Positions 1-7,382 of a DNA stretch of 37,504 nucleotides are shown piece by piece. The notes below the pieces were generated by a model. The model was not told the origin of the DNA, made no database searches, and saw nothing but the letters and a program-made list of their open reading frames with translations. The DNA is from a virus (taxonomy: Duplodnaviria > Caudoviricetes). The stretch lies in IMG/VR virus record IMGVR_UViG_3300031953_000065, positions 1 through 37,504 of that record; one strand, written 5' to 3'. How positions within the stretch are numbered: position 1 is the stretch's first letter; each line of letters begins with the position of its first letter. Made by a program: the position numbers and the translations under genes.

Positions 1-127
1 ATGCATTTAAAAATTCATGTCGTTTATCGTCTTTCCCTTTTTGATAAACTTTTTTAAATAATTCTTCTATATTCCTTATGCTACCTACTTTTATACTTCC
101 AAAACATGATTTTTCATAAGTCGTAAA
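1..127. repeat. Terminal direct repeat, left copy (identical to 37378-37504); most likely assembly overlap of a circular contig
   Basis: atgcatttaaaaattcatg...gtcgtaaa occurs at both ends; 127 equals a common assembler k-mer; an ORF reads through the join. Confidence 0.95.
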
Positions 128-223
128 CCGCTTATGTTTAAAACCCATTTCTTTAAGCGCGCTAAGAAGTTCTTTTTGAAACTTGCTTAAATTCTGATAT
201 TCTTTTAATTCGTCTTTGTTCAT
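1..223 (-). CDS. Hypothetical 77-aa protein spanning the circular junction (223->1, then 37377->37367), MNKDELKEYQNLSKFQ...HEFLNALGI
   Basis: Hand-translated; ATG at 223 overlaps the terminase stop (TAATG); TAG at 37369-37367 abuts the ATG of 36803..37366; absent from ORF track because it wraps. Confidence 0.8.
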   Translation of the reverse strand, partial: MNKDELKEYQNLSKFQKELLSALKEMGFKHKRFTTYEKSCFGSIKVGSIRNIEELFKKVYQKGKDDKRHEFLNA

Positions 224-1455
224 TATTTAATACTTATATAATTAGATTGTTTCCTGAATTGATATATAAAATACCCCCCGGCTTCGGTAATGTGGTCAAA
301 GCCCGAAGTCTTATCGGGTTCGCCGTTCTTGTATGGCATTTGTTCGAGCGCTTCGGTATAGACCGGGCAATTGAACGTATTGACGTAATAGGATATATGC
401 TGTTTGTTATCCTTCAAAGCGAGGTTAAAGGCGTTCACCCGATCCCTTACGAATGGATTTTTGGCAGGTGCCTTGACGGTGAACCCGGCGCGCTTCAATA
501 TCTGAATGTCCGAAGGGCCGGACGTGGATTTCGCCGCGCCCGAAGCATCGGGGTAGATTACGATTTGATGACCGGGGTAGGTAGCTTTCAAACGCTCCGC
601 CATTTGCTGGGTATCGAATAGCCCGCTTTCTTCAGCGACTGCGTAGGCGACCGCCTTATCTATTATATGAATGACCGCGTTCATATTGGTAACGTTGAAA
701 TCCATCCCTACATGCAGGACGTTGCCTTTCGTTATTTGCTTATCGCTGTGGTGTTCCTTACGGTTGAAACGATGGTAAACGTTCCCGGTATTCAGGTTGA
801 TGAATTCGCCGTTTAGATAGGCCTCTAGCTGCTCGCTGGTGTATTCTTCTTCGAGGGTTTCGAAATACGATGCTGGTAAAAAGGGATTGTCTTTCGATTT
901 CGCCTTAATCATGACCCGCCGTTCGCTGGCACGCTTCACGAAAAACTCGTACATGAACTTGAAGCCTTCCGGGGTGCTAACCATATCCGTAGAATTCACG
1001 TCGCCGTTAGGCAGTAGCGTTCGGTTCCTTGCTATGATGTTCTTGAAGGCCAGCTTCATTTTTTTATGTGGCAAAATATCGGCTTCATCGATCAGGGAAT
1101 AGCCCACATCATACCCTACAATTGTTTCGGCGTTTTCCATTGACCGCATGATGATCTTGCCAAAGGGCGTCTTGAATTCCTTATCGGTTTCGTGCAATTG
1201 GTACGGGATCCCCTGGGACGTCAATTCGGCCTTGAATTTCTTGAATGCTATCCCTTTGATAAGCGGAACGGTCGGCAAATAATACGCGACGTCTATTCCG
1301 GGATATGCCTTCTTTTTCTCAATAGTCTTGATTACCCCGGCCTCAGATTTTCCGGAACCAAAACCGCCTATCAATCCCGTATGCGGGGCAAGGCTGTTCA
1401 AAAATTCCATTTGATGTGGGAGAAGGCCGCGCGGTATGTAGTTTAATTCGCTCAA
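223..1455 (-). CDS. terL: Terminase large subunit
   Basis: Walker A GGFGSGKS, Walker B SLIDEA, coupling motif STP, RNase H-like nuclease motifs GMDFN, YPDAS and DHITEAGGY. Confidence 0.95.
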   Translation of the reverse strand: MSELNYIPRGLLPHQMEFLNSLAPHTGLIGGFGSGKSEAGVIKTIEKKKAYPGIDVAYYLPTVPLIKGIAFKKFKAELTSQGIPYQLHETDKEFKTPFGKIIMRSMENAETIVGYDVGYSLIDEADILPHKKMKLAFKNIIARNRTLLPNGDVNSTDMVSTPEGFKFMYEFFVKRASERRVMIKAKSKDNPFLPASYFETLEEEYTSEQLEAYLNGEFINLNTGNVYHRFNRKEHHSDKQITKGNVLHVGMDFNVTNMNAVIHIIDKAVAYAVAEESGLFDTQQMAERLKATYPGHQIVIYPDASGAAKSTSGPSDIQILKRAGFTVKAPAKNPFVRDRVNAFNLALKDNKQHISYYVNTFNCPVYTEALEQMPYKNGEPDKTSGFDHITEAGGYFIYQFRKQSNYISIK

Positions 1456-1838
1456 TCTTTAGGCTTTTCGATTAGATAAAAGCCAGTGGCCTTGACCGTC
1501 TTGTCTTCGGTGGTGATCGCTTGTATTGCTTTTCCCTTGAGCCTATCCATTACGGCGTTGTATGCGTGGGTGTCCCCTTCCTTGATGGCCTTTTCAATCT
1601 GTCTTAAGTGCATCGCGGTTTCAATATCTATCTGCTCAATGTCCAATCCTAGGAATACGGCCAGGACTTTTAGATTTTCCTTCGCCCCGCCCGTCAATAG
1701 TTCGCCCGCTATTTCCCTGATCAGTTTTTTTACTTTCTTACCGTTGCTTTTTGCTTCAGGGGTCGGCTGGTTTTCAGTTGAGAATTGAGTTTCCGGCGTA
1801 ATTCCTTTTTTAAAACTGGTTTTTGTTTTTACTCCCAT
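1452..1838 (-). CDS. Probable terminase small subunit
   Basis: Directly upstream of and overlapping terL; N-terminal FKKG..QFSTENQP and helical KAIKEGD..AYNAVMDRL.GK pattern resemble phage TerS proteins. Confidence 0.7.
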   Translation of the reverse strand: MGVKTKTSFKKGITPETQFSTENQPTPEAKSNGKKVKKLIREIAGELLTGGAKENLKVLAVFLGLDIEQIDIETAMHLRQIEKAIKEGDTHAYNAVMDRLKGKAIQAITTEDKTVKATGFYLIEKPKD

Positions 1839-2164
1839 TATCGAACGACTTTTAAAGTTTGCCTGCTATCCAGATATGCTTCCAAAGCTTCCGGCGCTTG
1901 CGTTTTCAACACCTCATTGAACCCGTTGGGTTTCAGTATGTCCTTTCCGTAATAGCCTTTGAGAAGTCCCCTCAGGTTGTTCCATTTCTTATTGAGCTCA
2001 TCGAAGATGCTGAACAGGCCCTTGTTTGTTTTGGGATTCCGCCTAGCTTTTATCGCGTGAAAGTCCGTGACGAATTGACCCATCAGGATTTCAATATCCT
2101 TTTGCGCCATAACCCCGCTTTTCGCGGCCTTCTTGAATTTTTTAAACAGTTCTCTTGATGTCAT
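1838..2164 (-). CDS. Hypothetical protein (108 aa)
   Basis: Stop/start overlap with the terS candidate; A-rich upstream region. Confidence 0.75.
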   Translation of the reverse strand: MTSRELFKKFKKAAKSGVMAQKDIEILMGQFVTDFHAIKARRNPKTNKGLFSIFDELNKKWNNLRGLLKGYYGKDILKPNGFNEVLKTQAPEALEAYLDSRQTLKVVR

Positions 2165-2328
2165 ATTGTTAGTTTGTTAACTTTTTTATTCGGCCGGGTG
2201 CTAAAAATGCACGGGGTTTGTCTTTTTGCCGTTGCGAATAACTCAAAGTTTTTTGTTAATGTCAAAATTTATCGCGTTCGGGTTTTAAAATCTAATGTTT
2301 TGCCTTCGTTTTAGCCTCGTTTAAGCCA

Positions 2329-2544
2329 TTAAACTTCTCTCCCTTTGTCATTACACAACTTTCCCGTGTTCGTTTCTCCTGCGGCTTCGCTGTTATCCTG
2401 TGGAGCGCTTTGCCCCTTGGTATTTGATTCGCTCAATTCGTTATCGTGTTTTTGCCCTGAAACATGCTGAGCGCCTATTACTTCGATTTCATTTAAAGGT
2501 TGTACTTTGAATCCACTGGCTGTTTTCAAGATCGTATTGTTCAT
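2329..2544 (-). CDS. Hypothetical protein (71 aa, low complexity)
   Basis: ATG preceded by A-rich leader; same strand as neighbours. Confidence 0.5.
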   Translation of the reverse strand: MNNTILKTASGFKVQPLNEIEVIGAQHVSGQKHDNELSESNTKGQSAPQDNSEAAGETNTGKLCNDKGREV

Positions 2545-2671
2545 CTTATTGGTGTTAAATTATGTTAATTCTTTTTTGATTGTTGCAAATTTTAAGCTGT
2601 CAAGTACCGTGTTTTATACAAAGCTTTATTTTAATACCCTCGAAAGTCAACAAAAAATGTGAACAATACAA

Positions 2672-2851
2672 TTATTTCGGCTCCGCAAATCCCAAGTACT
2701 TGTTTCCCTTTACCGGGGTCGCCGAAGGAATGTCCCGCCTATCCACTAGCCTTCCGTGTTTATTTAATCCCGCCCAACCCGAAGCTTTCAATTTTTGTGC
2801 GGTCTTGAATTCCGCCTTTGCTTTCTCCCTGAATTCCTTTGACAAATTCAT
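2672..2851 (-). CDS. Hypothetical 59-aa basic protein MNLSKEFREKAKAEFKTAQKLKASGWAG...LGFAEPK
   Basis: Hand-translated (below ORF-track cutoff); ATGA overlap with upstream 2848..2994. Confidence 0.7.
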   Translation of the reverse strand: MNLSKEFREKAKAEFKTAQKLKASGWAGLNKHGRLVDRRDIPSATPVKGNKYLGFAEPK

Positions 2852-2994
2852 AAGACGTGGTTTATGGAACGGGCGACCGGCCGGCCGTCGCGTTGCTGGT
2901 TGGAATTGTCCGCTATGATGTGTGAGGTGAAGGAGGGCGTCCCTAGGATGTTAACGCCTGTTTGAAATGTGATAAGCCGGGGGGGTCTTTTCAT
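2848..2994 (-). CDS. Hypothetical 48-aa protein MKRPPRLITFQ...SINHVL
   Basis: Hand-translated; starts 15 nt after the tRNA and ends in an ATGA overlap. Confidence 0.5.
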   Translation of the reverse strand: MKRPPRLITFQTGVNILGTPSFTSHIIADNSNQQRDGRPVARSINHVL

Positions 2995-3008
2995 GACTAT
3001 TGTATTAG

Positions 3009-3080
<72 letters not shown>

Positions 3081-3085
3081 ATTCC

Positions 3086-3115
3086 AAAAAAGCCAAACCA
3101 ATGATTTAGCTTTTT
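3086..3115 (-). terminator. Intrinsic terminator after gene 3123..3524
   Basis: AAAAAGCTAAATC-ATT-GGTTTGGCTTTTTT; two G.U pairs form only on the minus strand. Confidence 0.65.
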
Positions 3116-3122
3116 ATAATGA

Positions 3123-3524
3123 TTATATGTAAAATAGTGACAATTTCCCACCGGAATCTTTAATATTATTGAGATTCAAAGTTGCGGTATAATTGTAATT
3201 CACACTATTAGCTTGCCAACCTACATCTTCAGCAGGTAGATTTAAAGATGAAACTAAGGTAATGTTGGTTACAAAATCCGTTACCGGGGAAACGTCCGTA
3301 TTTACAGCAAGGACAAAATCTGCTTCCGAATGGAAGGAATTAAAAACCACATCCATTACTGGAGCAGCTACCACATTTAATAAACAGTCCGTTTGGACTA
3401 ATTTATTTGTCGAATTGTCGGTCAGGTCGGCAGTAGTATTTCCGAATCCCGTGAAGCACATCAGTCCGATGAGCAACATTAAAAAACCAGCTTTCGCTTT
3501 CATAAAATTATTATATCTTTTCAT
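3123..3524 (-). CDS. Putative exported protein with signal peptide (moron; start may be MKAKAGFL)
   Basis: Basic then hydrophobic N-terminus KAKAGFLMLLIGLMCFTGFG; own promoter-like element and terminator; AT-rich. Confidence 0.7.
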   Translation of the reverse strand: MKRYNNFMKAKAGFLMLLIGLMCFTGFGNTTADLTDNSTNKLVQTDCLLNVVAAPVMDVVFNSFHSEADFVLAVNTDVSPVTDFVTNITLVSSLNLPAEDVGWQANSVNYNYTATLNLNNIKDSGGKLSLFYI

Positions 3525-3536
3525 TATGTCAAAATT

Positions 3537-3590
3537 GGGGGTTTTCCCGTATTGGTTAACCTGCTCAAATATAGTAATTTAAATCCCAAA
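3537..3590 (-). promoter_or_regulatory. Promoter TTTGGGA-N10-TATATTTG (3590-3566) with downstream operator-like AATACGGG-AAAA-CCCC (3553-3538)
   Basis: Exact Bacteroidota -7 element TAnnTTTG; both elements recur at 5993-6033. Confidence 0.6.
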
Positions 3591-3686
3591 TTGTTAGGAT
3601 ATTAAAAATATTGTCAAAACATTCCGGTCTGAGGGGGCCGGGGTGTCTTAAGATGGCCCTGTATACCGGGGGGTGTACCGGGCCGC

Positions 3687-3881
3687 TTAAGTTAGTTTTT
3701 CCATTGCTTTGATTTTCCCGGCGAGTTTTTTAACCGTCGCTTCTAATTTTACAATCCTTTCTTCAGTTCCTTTCCCGTTACTGGCACATGTGCATTTGTG
3801 CTTTCCATGGACTGCGGCCCCCATGCACCCTGGAATAAAAACCCGTCCCAAATCCTTTACGGTTATATAGTGGCATTTCAT
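3687..3881 (-). CDS. Small Cys/His-rich protein with C-terminal coiled coil
   Basis: C..IPGCMG..VH..CTC pattern followed by heptad-like IVKLEATVKKLAGKIKAME. Confidence 0.75.
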   Translation of the reverse strand: MKCHYITVKDLGRVFIPGCMGAAVHGKHKCTCASNGKGTEERIVKLEATVKKLAGKIKAMEKLT

Positions 3882-3906
3882 ATTGTATTTAATTCCATTG
3901 AGGGGT

Positions 3907-4233
3907 TTAATTGTTTGTGTTATAAATAAATTTAAGGCTTGAAAGGTCCTGGGTGTAAATCATTCCTAGCCAGTCGGCTACCTGTTTTTCCTTTTCAACG
4001 CCGTCGCTTTCTAAATGGTCTGGCAATAAATAAACCGCGTCGGCTTTTGTGAGGGCCGCAATACATAACCGCATAGCGTCGGTCCAGGATATGTCCCAGG
4101 TGCCTACAACCTTAAGGGGGTTTATCGCTTCGAAACCGGCGGCCTTAACTTCGGCTTCAGCAGTCGCAAATTTCGCGGCGGTCACTTCTGGACAAAGGCC
4201 GGTAACTTTCCCGGCTATATATATTTTTTTCAT
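3907..4233 (-). CDS. DUF4406-type protein (nucleoside 2-deoxyribosyltransferase-like fold)
   Basis: KIYIAGKVTG...F..AE....G.EAINP...W...MRLCI..L..ADAVYLL....S.G...E pattern. Confidence 0.85.
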   Translation of the reverse strand: MKKIYIAGKVTGLCPEVTAAKFATAEAEVKAAGFEAINPLKVVGTWDISWTDAMRLCIAALTKADAVYLLPDHLESDGVEKEKQVADWLGMIYTQDLSSLKFIYNTNN

Positions 4234-4245
4234 AATTAAGGGGGT

Positions 4246-4971
4246 TTAATCTCTAAAACTTTCGCCGTTCCATTCGATGATGTTGGACATTTCAGGCAGT
4301 CGGTCGCCTATGCGTTCTCCGTATTTATTAGTGAGTTCTGAGGGTTTTAAATTGGTGGTCGCGTAGGTTTTCGCATTGTCCCGGTTGCGCTCGAATAGGA
4401 TTTCGCCAAAGAGTTCTGTTTTGTTGAACGCTTTCTTTTCGAATCCCAAATCGTCGATATATAATTTTCCGGTATAATATGTTTTAATATCGAATACTTC
4501 TACGTTTTCCCGGTCCCCGGCTGATCTCATATACTGATCCACAAAAGACCCTGAAGATATCGCGTTAAACCAAAGGTCGCTGCAATTCTTTTTCGTTATC
4601 AGTTCCTTACCTACCTTTTTTAAGATATCGAATAACAGGGATTTTCCCACGCCGTTAGGTCCGTAAATCAATAAGCCTTTATCCAGGTTCGGCGTGTTTT
4701 TTATTTTCCCGAATTCATTGAAATTTTCATCTTTCAAAAAATACCTCAGCACGGTGAAAATAATTTTCTCGTTTTCTTTGTTCACCACGTAATTTTTAGG
4801 CGAATAGAATTTAAAAAGTTTCCATAAAACCGATTTTGTAAGGACGTATTTAACGGGTTCTTTTTGTTTCCTAAGTCCAGGGTAAACAGGATGCACCGTT
4901 TTTTCTACTTCGCCCCCACCGTTCAATTTTCTCAATTTTTCAATGGATTCTGCCAATGTGTGTTTAATCAT
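4246..4971 (-). CDS. DnaC/IstB-like AAA+ helicase loader
   Basis: Walker A GPNGVGKS, Walker B LYIDDLG, ATTNL sensor, YGERI.DRL.EM and GESFR C-terminus; follows the initiator gene. Confidence 0.88.
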   Translation of the reverse strand: MIKHTLAESIEKLRKLNGGGEVEKTVHPVYPGLRKQKEPVKYVLTKSVLWKLFKFYSPKNYVVNKENEKIIFTVLRYFLKDENFNEFGKIKNTPNLDKGLLIYGPNGVGKSLLFDILKKVGKELITKKNCSDLWFNAISSGSFVDQYMRSAGDRENVEVFDIKTYYTGKLYIDDLGFEKKAFNKTELFGEILFERNRDNAKTYATTNLKPSELTNKYGERIGDRLPEMSNIIEWNGESFRD

Positions 4972-5719
4972 ATTTTGCGATTTTGTCCCGCACTTTTTGA
5001 TTTTGCGGGGTTATTACTGCATTGTTTTTTAATTGAAAGAAACCGCTCCAATTGTTATCGATGGTTTGCTGAAGGATCTTAATAGCGTTTAGTTCGTTTT
5101 TGCCTGATAGGTTTTCCAGTTCTACCAATTTTCTGTTTTCAGAATCCACATTTGCAAAGCTGAATTTAGAATTTTTCTTTTTGCGATAGTTTTTATAGCC
5201 TTCCCAAACGGTTTTAAAATTTTTACTTGTAAAAGGGAAAACTACTTTAGGCTCAATAGCCTTTTCTTTTTTTATAACACTATCATTAACACTATCATTA
5301 ACACTATCATTAACACTAACACTATCAGCGATAGGAACGTCGCTTAGTGATTTTTCTTTATCGCTATTATCGCTTAGCGATGGTTTGCGATCATTAGCGA
5401 TGTCTTGACCCTCTTCTATGCTTATTTCTTTGCTTAATATTCTTTTGTAAATATCGGGATGCCAGCGCTTTAAATTACCAACAACACCTGAAACGCTCCG
5501 TTCGTCTGCTTTTTTTGAATACTTTTTTAAATCCCTTTTTAGGTGTTGCTTCATCGGGATAAAAGCAAGTTTAACCATCGGGTTGACTGTTTCCGGGTTT
5601 TGGTCATTCACATATCTAAATAAATGTTTGATTAATTGACCCGCATCTTCATCTGTCAATTCTTCCCAAACATCAATACTATCTTCATAAAGTATAAATG
5701 ATGTTTTATTTTCTGCCAT
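4964..5719 (-). CDS. Replication initiator (DUF6291-like N-terminus, DnaD/O-like C-terminus)
   Basis: KTSFILY..W..L.DE.AGQLIKHLF.Y N-terminus; low-complexity linker SVNDSVND; W..Y..YR and NNWSGFF C-terminus; upstream of DnaC-like gene. Confidence 0.8.
   Translation of the reverse strand: MAENKTSFILYEDSIDVWEELTDEDAGQLIKHLFRYVNDQNPETVNPMVKLAFIPMKQHLKRDLKKYSKKADERSVSGVVGNLKRWHPDIYKRILSKEISIEEGQDIANDRKPSLSDNSDKEKSLSDVPIADSVSVNDSVNDSVNDSVIKKEKAIEPKVVFPFTSKNFKTVWEGYKNYRKKKNSKFSFANVDSENRKLVELENLSGKNELNAIKILQQTIDNNWSGFFQLKNNAVITPQNQKVRDKIAKYD
5275..5402. repeat. Candidate replication origin: tandem 12-mers TAACACTATCAT plus ATCGCT/AGCGAT iteron-like repeats
   Basis: 12-mer at 5275, 5287, 5299, half copy at 5311, variant at 5317; palindrome ATCGCTTAGCGAT at 5369-5381 and variant GTCGCTTAGTGAT at 5339-5351. 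Confidence 0.7.
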
Positions 5720-5746
5720 TTTTGGGGGAGTTTGTGGGGTTTATAT

Positions 5747-5908
5747 TTATTTCATTTTATCTATTATGAATACCTCCGCAACCTTCCAGTTGTGCAGTCC
5801 TAAACGCCTGTAAAAGGTCGGTTTGCCTATGCCTATTTTCTTGCATAGTTCTTCGTCGGTGTATCGCTGCCTGAGCATTATCACCTGTGATGTGGTCTTT
5901 GATTCCAT
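5747..5908 (-). CDS. 53-aa Cro-like HTH regulator MESKTTSQVIMLRQRYTDEELCKKIGIGKPTFYRRLGLHNWK...
   Basis: Hand-translated; EELCKKIGIGKPTFYRRL is a typical HTH; first gene before the replication genes. Confidence 0.8.
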   Translation of the reverse strand: MESKTTSQVIMLRQRYTDEELCKKIGIGKPTFYRRLGLHNWKVAEVFIIDKMK

Positions 5909-5942
5909 TTATTATTAATTTAATGTTACTATTTTTAGTGGT

Positions 5943-5977
5943 AAAAAACCCTGCTTCATTTGGGGTTTCGCAGGGTT
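5943..5977 (-). terminator. Terminator/attenuator-like hairpin in the leader of the Cro-like gene
   Basis: AACCCTGC-N15-GCAGGGTT-TTTT, perfect 8-bp stem. Confidence 0.6.
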
Positions 5978-5992
5978 GTTAAATCGATACTG

Positions 5993-6033
5993 CCAATATA
6001 CATTTTTTATTCCCAAAAATACGGGTTTTCCCC
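5993..6033 (-). promoter_or_regulatory. Promoter TTTGGGA-N10-TATATTGG (6017-5993) with adjacent operator-like AATACGGG-TTTT-CCCC (6018-6033, read on +)
   Basis: Same elements and spacing as 3537-3590. Confidence 0.55.
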
Positions 6034-6040
6034 TATAAGA

Positions 6041-6223
6041 TTATTTGTAGTTTACTTTCAGGTATCGTTTTTCTTCCAAGGTCAGCGCGTCCCATCGTGG
6101 GGTCAGCCCTATCCTGCTCAAATCAAAAGCGATTTGCCGGCCGTTCTCCCTGAAGATGTAAACGTGGTTCTCCATCAAATTATGGCTTTCGACGAACAAG
6201 GGAAACTCATTGTCGGGCATCAT
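6041..6223 (-). CDS. Hypothetical protein (60 aa)
   Basis: ATGA overlap with upstream gene. Confidence 0.7.
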   Translation of the reverse strand: MMPDNEFPLFVESHNLMENHVYIFRENGRQIAFDLSRIGLTPRWDALTLEEKRYLKVNYK

Positions 6224-6444
6224 ATCAATTTATATTCCGTGAAGCGTTTCCCGTTGTGGTGCTTCCAGGTGCTGGTGATGTTGTGGCCCCGGTCCTTCAG
6301 GATATGGATATACGCGCTTAACCGGGTGCAATTGTACAGGGTGATCGCTTCCCAGGTGGTCAATGTTTTCTTTTGTAGATGGTCCAATACCTGTGACATG
6401 ACGTCCTTTCCTGGCTGTGATTGAAAATAAATGTCTGTTTGCAT
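6220..6444 (-). CDS. Winged-helix DNA-binding protein (HTH_39-like); start reassigned to MQTDIYFQ at 6444
   Basis: QVLDHL....LT.WEAI..Y.CTRLSAYIHILKDRGHNI...W......F.EY.L pattern. Confidence 0.8.
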   Translation of the reverse strand: MQTDIYFQSQPGKDVMSQVLDHLQKKTLTTWEAITLYNCTRLSAYIHILKDRGHNITSTWKHHNGKRFTEYKLI

Positions 6445-6455
6445 AATTGAGGGGT

Positions 6456-6758
6456 TTAATTTTTGTCGTGTTTTTTGTGGTGCATCCTGCACCGTATCAA
6501 AATATTGTTTTGCCAGTCCCATGCGAGTTCCGTTCGTTTGCTTTTCTGGCATTCGTTAACCGATATTTCATGGCTGCAATCCAAGTAAGTACCGGCCCCG
6601 TTATGGCCGCAAATATGGCCGTCGCTTTGGTCCTCGCAGAAATTGTACCCATGTTCGTTCCGTTGCCATTCCAGGCGCTTCGCTTTGGCTTCGCGGGTCC
6701 TTCTATCGATCACCGATTTTTCGACCCGCTGGCCATCGCTTGTTTGGTAGGTCGCCAT
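6456..6758 (-). CDS. HNH-type (NinG-like) endonuclease; start reassigned to MATYQTSDG at 6758
   Basis: FCE..C...LDCSH.IS...NILIRCRMHH; start lies 2 nt after the SSB stop. Confidence 0.75.
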   Translation of the reverse strand: MATYQTSDGQRVEKSVIDRRTREAKAKRLEWQRNEHGYNFCEDQSDGHICGHNGAGTYLDCSHEISVNECQKSKRTELAWDWQNNILIRCRMHHKKHDKN

Positions 6759-6759
6759 C

Positions 6760-7146
6760 CTAAAACGGAAGATCATCAAAGTCTTCGTCGTACTTTTCAA
6801 CCGCGCTGTCTGAAAGCGTTTGGGTGGTTTTCGGCTCCGCTTCCCGTTTGCCCCAAAGGATCGCATTTCCCAAAATCGGCATGGCCCGTTGTTCTTCGGT
6901 GCTCATGGAGTTGTACAATTCTTTTTCCAAACTTTGTTTTACAAGATGCGTGTCCTTGCTATTGCCAACCTTGTTTTTAATCTCGATGGCCGTTAAGTCC
7001 AAATACATCCCTTTTTCTCCCTCGAAGAAATTGTTTTCTTTTACCGGGATAACAAGGCATTTTACTTTACTGCCATCGGCGCCCTTGAATTCGCGCTCTA
7101 CGTGTTTCAATTGTTTCAAATTGAGATTAATACTGATGTTTGCCAT
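6760..7146 (-). CDS. Single-stranded DNA-binding protein (Bacteroidota phage type)
   Basis: Acidic C-terminal tip DEDFDDLPF; beta-rich core; in the recombination module. Confidence 0.78.
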   Translation of the reverse strand: MANISINLNLKQLKHVEREFKGADGSKVKCLVIPVKENNFFEGEKGMYLDLTAIEIKNKVGNSKDTHLVKQSLEKELYNSMSTEEQRAMPILGNAILWGKREAEPKTTQTLSDSAVEKYDEDFDDLPF

Positions 7147-7157
7147 TTTTAAAATAT

Positions 7158-7382
7158 TTAATTGTTAGTCTTTAAATTATAAAATTTTTCTAGTCTGTCA
7201 AAATAAGGCTTCAAGGCCCGTTTTTCGTCGTTGGTTTTCCCGGCCGCCGCCTTCAATAAAAACAAATTGCTATCGACGAAAGCCCTAGGATTGATTATAA
7301 CGGTCGCCCGGTCCATTTTAAAGGGTTTTTCGCCGGGCGGGTTGGCCTTGAAATACGCTTCGATTTCCTTCATATCGGCCAT
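7158..7382 (-). CDS. DUF6965-like small protein
   Basis: EIEAYF...P...MD.AT.I.NP..FVDS.L..LK....PYFDRL pattern recalled from Bacteroidota phages. Confidence 0.6.
   Translation of the reverse strand: MADMKEIEAYFKANPPGEKPFKMDRATVIINPRAFVDSNLFLLKAAAGKTNDEKRALKPYFDRLEKFYNLKTNN

Noticed and set aside
2580-3000. GC-richer stretch after the tRNA as a structured ncRNA, or the + ORF 2580..2918
   Set aside because: Explained by two coupled minus-strand ORFs (2848..2994 and 2672..2851)
3878-3898. 6-codon ORF MELNTI overlapping the start of 3687..3881
   Set aside because: Too short to support as a gene; may be a remnant or coupling device
5275-5328. Tandem repeats as a mini CRISPR array
   Set aside because: 12-bp units with no spacers, in frame within a gene; no array seen elsewhere
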